Assembly (NCBI GenBank): GCA_031960885.1
Contig: JAVRLY010000045.1
Span: forward strand, 1-10,523
DNA from: Desulfurella sp.
GTDB taxonomy: Bacteria > Campylobacterota_A > Desulfurellia > Desulfurellales > Desulfurellaceae
Length of the DNA stretch: 10,523 nucleotides
Direction: 5' to 3'
A program made the translations under genes and the position numbers. This document shows, piece by piece, positions 1-7,670 of this stretch; positions within the stretch are counted from its first letter, which is position 1; each line of letters begins with the position of its first letter. The notes under the pieces are model-generated. The model was not told the DNA's origin, did not search any database, and was given only the letters and a program-made list of their open reading frames with translations.

Positions 1-27
1 GGTTTCCAACCTTACTAATGGAAGATA

Positions 28-55
28 TCATAGGGGTAGCAGGCTACCCCTATGA
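28..55. repeat. Perfect 13-bp inverted repeat (GC-rich hairpin)
   Basis: TCATAGGGGTAGC (28-40), AG, GCTACCCCTATGA (43-55) are exact reverse complements. There is no flanking U-tract on either strand, so its function is unassigned. Confidence 0.85.
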
Positions 56-97
56 ATGGTTGAAAAAGTTTGTGAATCTGTATATATTTAGTAGGGG

Positions 98-124
98 TGG
101 TAAGTATGTGTGGACCACTTACCA
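98..124. repeat. 8-bp inverted repeat with an 11-nt loop
   Basis: TGGTAAGT (98-105) and ACTTACCA (117-124) are reverse complements. Confidence 0.55.
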
Positions 125-158
125 AAATGTCCAAAATATGTTTTAAGAAATTTTATCA

Positions 159-186
159 TTGACAAAGAAACAATATTGTATAATCT
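159..186 (+). promoter_or_regulatory. Sigma70-type promoter for the 206-511 gene
   Basis: Consensus TTGACA at 159-164. The -10 is either TATAAT at 179-184 (14-bp spacer) or the overlapping TAATCT at 181-186 (16-bp spacer). SD GGGAGGA follows at 194-200. Confidence 0.65.
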
Positions 187-205
187 TGTTTTTGGGAGGA
201 ATATT

Positions 206-511
206 ATGGAAATCAAAATTGTGAAAATTGTCACAGGAGAAACAGTTATAGGCACAAAAGCACTTGATGGTTTAGAAGATGTAGCATTAATTCAAGTAAT
301 ACCAGCATCAGGCGGTATTCAAATTGCAATTTTACCATATGGTTTTCCATTTGAAGAAAAAATTGGTGGTAAAATAGCATCGGATAAAATAGTATACGAA
401 TTCAAAGATATACCAGAAGATATAAAAAATAAGTATTTAGAAGCTAAAAGTGACATCAAGATAAGTTCTACTTTACCCAATTCAAATTTAGATTTTAATT
501 TAATAAAATAA
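206..511 (+). CDS. Hypothetical protein, 101 aa, with a possible Sm/LSm-like fold of the type found in T4-like phages
   Basis: Start moved from GTG110 to ATG206 because SD GGGAGGA (194-200) lies 5 nt upstream and a promoter sits inside the upstream extension. Protein: MEIKIVKIVTGETVIG...IQIAILPYGFPF...IASDKIVY...PEDIKNKYLE. The fold call is pattern recognition only. Confidence 0.8.
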   Translation: MEIKIVKIVTGETVIGTKALDGLEDVALIQVIPASGGIQIAILPYGFPFEEKIGGKIASDKIVYEFKDIPEDIKNKYLEAKSDIKISSTLPNSNLDFNLIK

Positions 512-513
512 TC

Positions 514-1680
514 CTAATTAATCATTATTAATGGCAAAAGCGTGCCTTCTTCTACATCGGCTAGCAAAGAGTCGATATGAACTAAGCAATTGGCTTTTGC
601 CATTGAAATAAAATTGCTAGTGTCTTGACAGTTCAGTGGCTCAATAACAAGAGAGCCATTGTATTTTAGTACTGCTCTATTAAAGTAATCTTTGCCTATT
701 CTAGAATGCATTGGTTTTGTTGTTTTTGCAAATATGATATCATTAGTGTATTTAGAAAGTCCAGACATTTTTTTTATGGCTGGTTTTAAAAACACTTGAG
801 TATTTACAACCAATGATGAAGGCCACCCAGGCATACCAAAAACCAACTTATCACCCAATACACCAAATATCAGTGGTTTGCCTGGTTTTATGGTTGTTTC
901 GTCAAATTTAATTTCAATGCCTAACGCTTCAAATACATTTTTTGTAAAATCTTTCGTTCCTTTTGAAGACCCTCCTGTGCTTACAAGTATATCGCATCTT
1001 GAAAGTGCGTACTTGTAGGTCTTTTTAAGTTCATCTATGTCATCTTTAACATGACCAAAGTATATACACTTAGCGTTTTGCTCTCTAACAAAACCATCTA
1101 AATAAAAATAATTTGCATTATAAACCATGCTAGAATGTGCGCCTTCACCTGGCATAACGACTTCATCGCCTGTTGTGATAACGCCAACGATAGGCTTTTG
1201 ATATACATCTATTATTAATTCACCAAGATATGCAAGCAATGCCATTTTTTGTGCATTGATTAATTCACCTTTTTGTATAACAATATCGCCTTTTTTTATT
1301 TCAGAGCCAGAAAAAACAAAATTTCTATATTGTTCAACATTCTTTTTTATAAAAATAAAGCCATCTTTTTTTTCTACTAGCTCAACTTCTACAACACAAT
1401 CGCCTATTGGTGGTATCTCCATCCCTGTATTAAGTCTCAATGCGCATGTTTCATCAAAATCTTTTGCATCAAAAACTTCTTTTAATGGTTTGTCTTTGTT
1501 TTTGTAGACTATAGCGTATCCGTCCATTGCGGTTTTGTTAGAAGACGGATAATTTGATTTGGCTAAAATATCAGAGTATACAACCCTTCCTAAAGACTCG
1601 TTTATGTAAATCTTTTGGGATGGTTTTGTTGGTGTAGTATCTAATATAATTTTCAACGCTTCTTCAACATTTTTTTTCAT
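514..1680 (-). CDS. moeA: Molybdopterin molybdotransferase MoeA (gephyrin E-domain-like), 388 aa
   Basis: Motifs GRV, TAMDGYA (SAMDGYA), NTG, TTGDEV, TGGSSKG.KD, KPGKP and MPGWP (LPGNP), plus the C-terminal S.AKAN. Length is typical of MoeA. Confidence 0.93.
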   Translation of the reverse strand: MKKNVEEALKIILDTTPTKPSQKIYINESLGRVVYSDILAKSNYPSSNKTAMDGYAIVYKNKDKPLKEVFDAKDFDETCALRLNTGMEIPPIGDCVVEVELVEKKDGFIFIKKNVEQYRNFVFSGSEIKKGDIVIQKGELINAQKMALLAYLGELIIDVYQKPIVGVITTGDEVVMPGEGAHSSMVYNANYFYLDGFVREQNAKCIYFGHVKDDIDELKKTYKYALSRCDILVSTGGSSKGTKDFTKNVFEALGIEIKFDETTIKPGKPLIFGVLGDKLVFGMPGWPSSLVVNTQVFLKPAIKKMSGLSKYTNDIIFAKTTKPMHSRIGKDYFNRAVLKYNGSLVIEPLNCQDTSNFISMAKANCLVHIDSLLADVEEGTLLPLIMIN

Positions 1681-1683
1681 AAA

Positions 1684-2703
1684 TTACTTCCCAAAAGGAC
1701 ATATAGGGTATGTGCAATGCGTGCAAAAATGACACAAACCGCCTTCGCTGTAATATTTTAGTTCTTTTTTGTCAATTATATCTTTGGCTAAAAGTCTTGG
1801 CAAAAATATGTCTAGCGCACTTGCATTATAATATAGGCTCCCAGCTGGTACCACGCACAGTAGCGAAGAACCCCAATAACCAATACTGAGGTTATTTGCA
1901 GGCTGGATAGGGTTATATTTAAATACAAATTTTACTTTTGCTTTAGATAGGGCTTTTTTTGTTACATCATCTGGGTCAACACTACTGCCGCCACAAACAA
2001 ATATTAAGTCAGCTTCCTTTAATTCATCTAATGCTTTTGTAATAGCTTTTGTATCATCTGGTACTATTCTATAATCAAATACGCTATAGCCAATTTTTTT
2101 GAGTTTATTTTCTATGTGGTTTTTAAAAAGGTCTTTTCTTAGACCATAGTAGATTTCATTACCAGTGATTATTATGTTTATTTTTTTGACACTGTATGGC
2201 ACGACATTAAAAATTGGTGTATCTAAAATCTTTATTGCTTTATCTAAAATTTTTCGCTTAACATAAAGCGGTATAATGCGAAAAGCTGCGATAGTTTTGT
2301 TTGGCTCGCATGGAAAGTTATTGTGAATGCTAGGCAACGATAATTGTGGTATAGCGTTAATTCTAAATAACTTATCTTTATCAATCTTTAGCAATCCTTT
2401 GGTTAACGAGTAAAAGTTTATTTTTCCTTCGCTTGGTTTGTTATCGTAAATGACATTTTTTCCTGCAATAAATTTTGCTATCTCTATGGCAAAATCATCT
2501 TCGTGGACGTCATCTTTACCAGGTATTAGTTGATAAATATGACTTTTGCCCATTGACTTTAAAATTTCAATATCTTCTTTGGCTATTATATGGCCTCTTT
2601 TAAAACGCGCACCTTTAAATTTTTCTTCTTTGTTGATATATGTAATATCATGAGCCAAAGCTAACCCAACGCTTTTTTCAACTGGAACTTTTATTTTTTT
2701 CAC
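1684..2703 (-). CDS. MoeA-like molybdopterin-binding protein with a C-terminal Cx2Cx2Cx4C motif, 339 aa
   Basis: GTG start at 2703. N-terminal VG..LAHDIT...FKG..FKRGH, then HEDD.A and EGK, and a MoCF-biosynthesis-type domain (ITGNEIY.G, VPDD, GGSSVDPDDVT). It ends GGLCHFCTHCTYPICPFGK and lies 3 bp upstream of moeA. Confidence 0.85.
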   Translation of the reverse strand: MKKIKVPVEKSVGLALAHDITYINKEEKFKGARFKRGHIIAKEDIEILKSMGKSHIYQLIPGKDDVHEDDFAIEIAKFIAGKNVIYDNKPSEGKINFYSLTKGLLKIDKDKLFRINAIPQLSLPSIHNNFPCEPNKTIAAFRIIPLYVKRKILDKAIKILDTPIFNVVPYSVKKINIIITGNEIYYGLRKDLFKNHIENKLKKIGYSVFDYRIVPDDTKAITKALDELKEADLIFVCGGSSVDPDDVTKKALSKAKVKFVFKYNPIQPANNLSIGYWGSSLLCVVPAGSLYYNASALDIFLPRLLAKDIIDKKELKYYSEGGLCHFCTHCTYPICPFGK

Positions 2704-2710
2704 AATGTAT

Positions 2711-2738
2711 ATTTTATTAAATCAAATTTTTAAGTCAA
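2711..2738 (-). promoter_or_regulatory. Sigma70-type promoter for the Mo-cofactor operon, probably leaderless
   Basis: The minus strand reads TTGACT (2738-2733), 16 bp, TAAAAT (2716-2711), 7 nt, then GTG (2703). There is no SD before the GTG. Confidence 0.7.
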
Positions 2739-2765
2739 GCGTTTTTTAAAAAATAGTATAGCGAT
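2738..2765. promoter_or_regulatory. Putative ModE-family (molybdate-responsive) operator
   Basis: AGCGTTTTTTA-AAAAAT-AGTATAGCGAT compared with the ModE consensus ATCG(T/C)TATATA-N6-TATATA(A/G)CGAT gives 8/11 and 9/11 half-site matches with an exact 6-bp spacer. It abuts the -35 of the Mo-cofactor genes. Confidence 0.55.
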
Positions 2766-2774
2766 GTTCAATAG

Positions 2775-2806
2775 TTGACTTTAACAAAAAAATCTTATAC
2801 TATAAT
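2775..2806 (+). promoter_or_regulatory. Sigma70-type promoter for the amidohydrolase gene, leaderless or very short leader
   Basis: TTGACT (2775-2780), 17 bp, TACTAT (2798-2803). An overlapping perfect TATAAT (2801-2806) lies 7 nt before ATG2814. Confidence 0.65.
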
Positions 2807-2813
2807 GAAACAG

Positions 2814-3953
2814 ATGGAAATACTTTATGCAAAATGGTTATTTGATGGCAAAGAGCTTCAAACACAACAAGGTTGTGTGGTTTCTAACAATAAAGTAATT
2901 GATTTGCTACCCATTAGTATTGCAAAAAAGATTTATAAAGAAGCATCTCTAAAAGACTATGGAGAAGGCGTTTTATTTTCTGGTTTTGTCAATGCGCACA
3001 CTCACCTCGAATTGTCACACACTAAAATTGAACCTTATTTGGGGTTTGTAAATTGGCTAAAGGCTATGATAGAATCCAAAAAACAAGTAGTTTCGCAAGA
3101 TGTTGATAAAGCTATAAAAGATGCTATTAGTGTTCAGCTTGAAAATGGCGTTTGCGCCGTTGCAGATATTACTAATACATTGGAAAGCGTTAAGCATCTT
3201 TCTAAAATACCGCACAAGATTGTTTTTTTTGAAAATTATTCTTTAAGTAGAGCTATAGCGCAAGAAAAAATTGATTTTATTAAAAACAATATTGGCTCTA
3301 TAAGAAAAACATACAATGCAAGAATTTATGCAACGGCACATTCTGTGTATTCAACACATAGCGATTTGCTAAAGTTTACGCTGTTAGAAAATAACACGAT
3401 AAGTGGTGATTTGTTTAGTTTGCATTTTTTAGAAAGCGAGTTTGAAGATTCGTTTGTTAACTCAAGCTGGGCATTGTTTGAGATGCTTGCCAAAAAAGGT
3501 TTAGTTGAAGAAAATCTACATTTTGCAAGCGCAATGGAGTATTTAAAAAGCTTAGGAAAGCTTAAAAGGGGCTTATTTGTTCATTGTGTTTACATAAAAC
3601 CAGATGAAATTGAGTATCTCAAAAGTATTGGCTCAAGTATTGTTATAGCAGCGCGTAGCAATTACTATATTAGCAAGATGTTGCCAAATTTGGATTTAAT
3701 TAAAAAATCAAATATAAATGTGGCTGTTGGCACAGATTCACTTGCAAGCAATTGGGATTTAAGCATTTTAAATGAGTTGAGATTTTTGCGCAAACACTTT
3801 TTGCATATTGAGCCTAATTATTTTTTTCACATAGCAACACTTGGCGGCTATAGGGCGCTAAACTTGAATATTGGCTTTAACAAAGGTTCTTTTGTTCACC
3901 CTTTTTTTATACCAACAAAAACAAATGATGCCTTGGAAGAAATTTTGCAATAA
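2814..3953 (+). CDS. Metal-dependent amidohydrolase of the adenosine-derivative deaminase type (aminofutalosine deaminase MqnF / MtaD-like), about 379 aa
   Basis: Motifs GFVNAHTHLELS (HxH), HSVYST, HFLES..E (HxxE), FVHCV, RSN and GTDSLASN.DLS...ELR. The start is set at ATG2814 because TTG2775 and ATG2805 fall within the promoter elements. The substrate is inferred, not shown. Confidence 0.85.
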   Translation: MEILYAKWLFDGKELQTQQGCVVSNNKVIDLLPISIAKKIYKEASLKDYGEGVLFSGFVNAHTHLELSHTKIEPYLGFVNWLKAMIESKKQVVSQDVDKAIKDAISVQLENGVCAVADITNTLESVKHLSKIPHKIVFFENYSLSRAIAQEKIDFIKNNIGSIRKTYNARIYATAHSVYSTHSDLLKFTLLENNTISGDLFSLHFLESEFEDSFVNSSWALFEMLAKKGLVEENLHFASAMEYLKSLGKLKRGLFVHCVYIKPDEIEYLKSIGSSIVIAARSNYYISKMLPNLDLIKKSNINVAVGTDSLASNWDLSILNELRFLRKHFLHIEPNYFFHIATLGGYRALNLNIGFNKGSFVHPFFIPTKTNDALEEILQ

Positions 3954-3972
3954 ATTAAAAAATTTGTATTAT
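3945..3972 (+). promoter_or_regulatory. Possible internal promoter for carB
   Basis: TTGCAA (3945-3950), 16 bp, TATTAT (3967-3972). SD GGAG at 3992-3995 precedes ATG4004. The AT-rich background lowers specificity. Confidence 0.4.
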
Positions 3973-4003
3973 GTTTTAGACTATAAAAGTTGGAGTACAA
4001 TGT

Positions 4004-7000
4004 ATGCCAAAAGATGAATCTATAAAAAAAGTTTTAATCATTGGATCTGGCCCGATTGTGATAGGGCAGGCGTGTGAATTTGATTATTCTGGTACACAAT
4101 GTTGTAGGGCTCTATCTAAAGAAGGCATTGAAATTGTTTTGGTAAATTCAAACCCTGCAACAATTATGACAGACCCACAAATGGCAAATAAAACCTACAT
4201 TGAGCCTATAAGCGTTGAGTTTATTGAGAAAATCATTGCAAAAGAAAAACCTACGCATTTACTGCCAACACTTGGCGGACAAACAGCGCTTAATACTGCT
4301 GTAGGCTTATACGAAGAAGGTATTTTAGAAAAATATAATGTAAAACTTATTGGTGCTAATATTGAGGCTATAAAAAAAGCTGAAGATAGAGAGCTTTTTA
4401 AGGAAGCTATGAGAAAAATCGGCCTTAAAACACCAAAATCTGCAGTTGTAAGAAGCTTAAAAGAAGCAAAAGAGGCTGCTTTTGAAATAGGCTTTCCTGT
4501 GATTGTAAGACCTTCTTTTACATTAGGTGGCACTGGTGCAGGCATTGCTTACAATAAAGATGAATTTGAACAAGTGGTAAAGTGGGGGTTGGACCAAAGC
4601 CCAATTAAAGAAGTATTAATCGAGCAATCTGTTATTGGTTGGAAAGAGTTTGAGTTGGAGGTCATGCGCGATAAGGCTGACAATGTAGTTATTGTTTGTT
4701 CAATTGAAAATTTTGACCCAATGGGCGTTCATACTGGTGATTCAATAACAGTCGCACCCACTCAAACACTTACAGACAAAGAATACCAATTGCTTAGAGA
4801 TGCAAGCATTGCGATTATAAGAGAAATTGGCGTAGAAACAGGCGGTTCTAATATACAGTTTTGTGTCAACCCTCAAAATGGTGAATTTTACGTTATAGAA
4901 ATGAACCCCAGAGTATCGCGCTCTAGCGCATTAGCAAGCAAGGCTACGGGTTTTCCAATTGCTAAAATTGCAACGCTACTAAGTATTGGTTATACATTGG
5001 ATGAAATTCCAAACGATATTACTAAAAAGACGCCAGCTAGTTTTGAGCCAACGCTTGATTATGTTGTAACTAAAATACCGCGATTCACATTTGAAAAATT
5101 TAATACCAAAGATGAGATTGGTATGCAGATGAAAAGCGTAGGCGAGGTTATGGCCATTGGCAGAACATTTAAAGAATCTTTACAAAAAGCCATAAGATCA
5201 CTTGAGCTCGACTATTATGGTTTAGAAAATATAGAAGGAAATGACATTGCACATATTATTGACAATATAGTAAGACCAAATAGTAAGCGTTTATTTTATA
5301 TTGCAAAAGCTATGCGTATGGGAATGAGCCTAGATGATATTTACAAATACTCGTATATTGATAAATGGTTTTTGGCTAATATTAAGCAAATAATTGATAT
5401 GGAGCAAGAGATTAAGTTAAATGGCGTAAATATTGAAAATATAAAAGAGATTAAGCAATTTGGGTTTTCAGATAAGTATATTGCAAAGCTTACTGATAAA
5501 AAAGAAGAAGATATAAGGGTTTTTAGGAAAAGTCTCAATGTTAAAAATGTATATAAAATGGTAGATACATGCGCTGCAGAATTTGAATCATATACCTCAT
5601 ATTTATACTCTACATATGAAGATGAAAATGAATCAATAAAATCTAACAGAAAAAAAGTTGTAATTTTAGGTAGTGGTCCAAATAGAATTGGACAAGGCAT
5701 TGAGTTTGATTACACATGCGTCCATGCAAGCTTAACGCTTAAAGAAGAAGGTTATCAATCAATAATGATAAATTGCAACCCAGAAACTGTATCTACAGAC
5801 TATGATGTTTCTGATAAACTTTATTTTGAGCCATTGACATTTGAAGACGTTATGAATGTCATTGAACACGAAAATCCAGATGGTGTAATATTGCAATTTG
5901 GAGGTCAAACGCCGCTTAAATTGGCAAAAGAGTTACAGAAAAACAATGTAAAAATTTTGGGTACTGATTCTTCTAGTATTGATATAGCCGAAGATAGAGA
6001 ATTATTTAAACAGTTAATTAATAAATTAGGACTCAAACAGCCAATAGCATACACTGCAACAACAATTGAACAAGCTATAAATATAGCAAATACTATTGGT
6101 TACCCTGTACTTGTTAGGCCATCTTATGTATTAGGTGGTAGAGCCATGATGATAGTATACGACCAGGAGCACATGGAATTATATTCAAAAGAGGCTCTTC
6201 AAGTATCTGGAGAGCATCCCATTTTGATTGATAAATTTTTAGAAGATGCAATTGAGGTAGATATGGATGCGCTATCCGATGGTATAGACACAGTTGTTTG
6301 TGGTATTATGGAGCATATAGAAGCAGCAGGTGTTCACTCGGGAGATTCTGCATGCTCATTGCCACCGCGCACACTAAGCAAAGAAATTATCAACGAACTA
6401 AAAAGACAAACAATCCTTATCTCAGAGCACTTAAAAATAATAGGTTTTATAAACATCCAATTTGCAATAAAAGATAACATGGTGTATGTACTTGAGGTAA
6501 ACCCAAGAGCATCGAGAACAATACCATTTGTAAGTAAAGCAACAGGTGTTGCATGGCCAAGGATTGCTACAAAAGTATTGCTTGGAAAAACACTCAAAGA
6601 GTTAAATGTAAAAGAAATTCTACCAACTTATTATTCTGTAAAGGAAGTTGTTTTGCCTTTTGCTAAATTTCCAGAAGTAGATGTTGTATTAGGGCCTGAG
6701 ATGAAATCAACTGGCGAAGTAATGGGTATTGACAAAGATTTTTCGCTAGCTTACTACAAAGCTTTTTATGCAAGCGGTTCAATTTTACCTACAAAAGGCA
6801 ATGTATTTTTGTCACTTGCCGATAAAGACAAATCGTACGTTGTTGATATTGCAAAAAAGCTAAGCGATTTAAATTTTAAAATCTATGCAACCCAAAGAAC
6901 ATACAACATGATAAAACACCTTCCAAATGTATTTTATGTTAAGAAAGTCAGCGAGGGTAGACCAAATATATTAGATCTTATCATCAATGGCGAAATTGAT

Positions 7001-7198
7001 TTTGTTGTCAATACGCCCTCTGGCAAAGTATCATTTAGTGATTCATTTAAAATTAGAAGATTATCGCTTTTAAAAAATATACCTTACTGTACAACAGTTT
7101 GGGGAGCATTAGCTAGCATAGAAGCAATTAGTTCAAAAATTAGATCACAAGACATTAATGTAAAAGCAATACAAGATTACTATAAGGAGCTAAACTAA
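4004..7198 (+). CDS. carB: Carbamoyl-phosphate synthase large subunit, 1064 aa
   Basis: [28 protein letters not shown], two ATP-grasp halves (RPSFTLGG / [29 protein letters not shown] / EVNPRASRT), [15 protein letters not shown] and a C-terminal MGS-like domain. Confidence 0.99.
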   Translation: MPKDESIKKVLIIGSGPIVIGQACEFDYSGTQCCRALSKEGIEIVLVNSNPATIMTDPQMANKTYIEPISVEFIEKIIAKEKPTHLLPTLGGQTALNTAVGLYEEGILEKYNVKLIGANIEAIKKAEDRELFKEAMRKIGLKTPKSAVVRSLKEAKEAAFEIGFPVIVRPSFTLGGTGAGIAYNKDEFEQVVKWGLDQSPIKEVLIEQSVIGWKEFELEVMRDKADNVVIVCSIENFDPMGVHTGDSITVAPTQTLTDKEYQLLRDASIAIIREIGVETGGSNIQFCVNPQNGEFYVIEMNPRVSRSSALASKATGFPIAKIATLLSIGYTLDEIPNDITKKTPASFEPTLDYVVTKIPRFTFEKFNTKDEIGMQMKSVGEVMAIGRTFKESLQKAIRSLELDYYGLENIEGNDIAHIIDNIVRPNSKRLFYIAKAMRMGMSLDDIYKYSYIDKWFLANIKQIIDMEQEIKLNGVNIENIKEIKQFGFSDKYIAKLTDKKEEDIRVFRKSLNVKNVYKMVDTCAAEFESYTSYLYSTYEDENESIKSNRKKVVILGSGPNRIGQGIEFDYTCVHASLTLKEEGYQSIMINCNPETVSTDYDVSDKLYFEPLTFEDVMNVIEHENPDGVILQFGGQTPLKLAKELQKNNVKILGTDSSSIDIAEDRELFKQLINKLGLKQPIAYTATTIEQAINIANTIGYPVLVRPSYVLGGRAMMIVYDQEHMELYSKEALQVSGEHPILIDKFLEDAIEVDMDALSDGIDTVVCGIMEHIEAAGVHSGDSACSLPPRTLSKEIINELKRQTILISEHLKIIGFINIQFAIKDNMVYVLEVNPRASRTIPFVSKATGVAWPRIATKVLLGKTLKELNVKEILPTYYSVKEVVLPFAKFPEVDVVLGPEMKSTGEVMGIDKDFSLAYYKAFYASGSILPTKGNVFLSLADKDKSYVVDIAKKLSDLNFKIYATQRTYNMIKHLPNVFYVKKVSEGRPNILDLIINGEIDFVVNTPSGKVSFSDSFKIRRLSLLKNIPYCTTVWGALASIEAISSKIRSQDINVKAIQDYYKELN

Positions 7199-7668
7199 TG
7201 GATAAAAAAGTTTTTTTTACACCAGAAGGTTACAATAAACTTATTGACGAACTTGAAAGATTGCAAAAGATTGAAAGACCTAATATTATAAAAGAAATCG
7301 AAGAAGCTCGCGCAAAAGGAGATTTGAGTGAAAATGCAGAGTATCATGCAGCAAAAGAAAGACAAGTGTTTATTGAAAGGCGCATAAGTGAGATATCAAA
7401 TAAAATCAATAAAGCTTGCATTATCGATCCAAATAGTGTTGCAAAAGATAAGGTAAGTTTTGGATGCAAAGCAAAATTATTAAATACTGATACAAATGAA
7501 GAAGTTGAGTATATGATTGTAGGTGAAGATGAAGCAAGTCCAAATGAAGGCAAAATTTCAGTTAATAGTCCCATTGCTCTTGCGCTTTTGGGCAAAGAAG
7601 TAGGAGATATTATAAGGGTAAAAGTCCCAGCTGGTATAAAAAACTTTGAGATAGAGGATATATCTTAA
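7198..7668 (+). CDS. greA: Transcription elongation factor GreA, 156 aa
   Basis: AR..GDLSENAEYHAAKE.Q and KIS..SPIA.ALLGK.VGD...V..P.G. It overlaps carB by a TAATG junction, with SD TAAGGAG at 7183-7189. Confidence 0.97.
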   Translation: MDKKVFFTPEGYNKLIDELERLQKIERPNIIKEIEEARAKGDLSENAEYHAAKERQVFIERRISEISNKINKACIIDPNSVAKDKVSFGCKAKLLNTDTNEEVEYMIVGEDEASPNEGKISVNSPIALALLGKEVGDIIRVKVPAGIKNFEIEDIS

Positions 7669-7670
7669 TC

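Noticed and set aside
2..25. GTTTCCAACCTTACTAATGGAAGA resembles the start of a CRISPR repeat (GTTTC start, short internal palindrome)
   Set aside because: There is only one copy in the window, no repeat-spacer periodicity and no cas genes. It cannot be fully excluded because it sits at the window edge.
28..55. Hairpin as an intrinsic terminator
   Set aside because: No U-tract follows on either strand, so it is kept only as an inverted repeat.
110..205. N-terminal 32-aa extension of the first ORF from GTG110
   Set aside because: The extension contains the promoter boxes and the SD for ATG206, which is the better start.
1256..1507. 83-aa plus-strand ORF
   Set aside because: Antisense shadow of moeA, with no recognisable motifs or SD.
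1670..1677. A/T homopolymer runs of 7-8 nt near gene starts (moeA, the 2703 gene, greA 7211-7218) as phase-variation tracts
   Set aside because: All frames are intact and such runs are expected in an AT-rich genome. There are no long poly-G/C tracts.
2775..2813. TTG2775 or ATG2805 as the amidohydrolase start
   Set aside because: These codons coincide with the -35 (TTGACT) and -10 (TATAAT) elements, so they would not be in the transcript.
4195..6597. Minus-strand ORFs 4195-4545, 5341-5700 and 6334-6597
   Set aside because: Antisense shadows of the highly conserved carB, with Ser/Phe/Ile-rich composition typical of reverse-frame artefacts.
4004..7198. Internal similarity between the two halves of carB as a novel duplication
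   Set aside because: This is the well-known ancient duplication of the CPS ATP-grasp halves.
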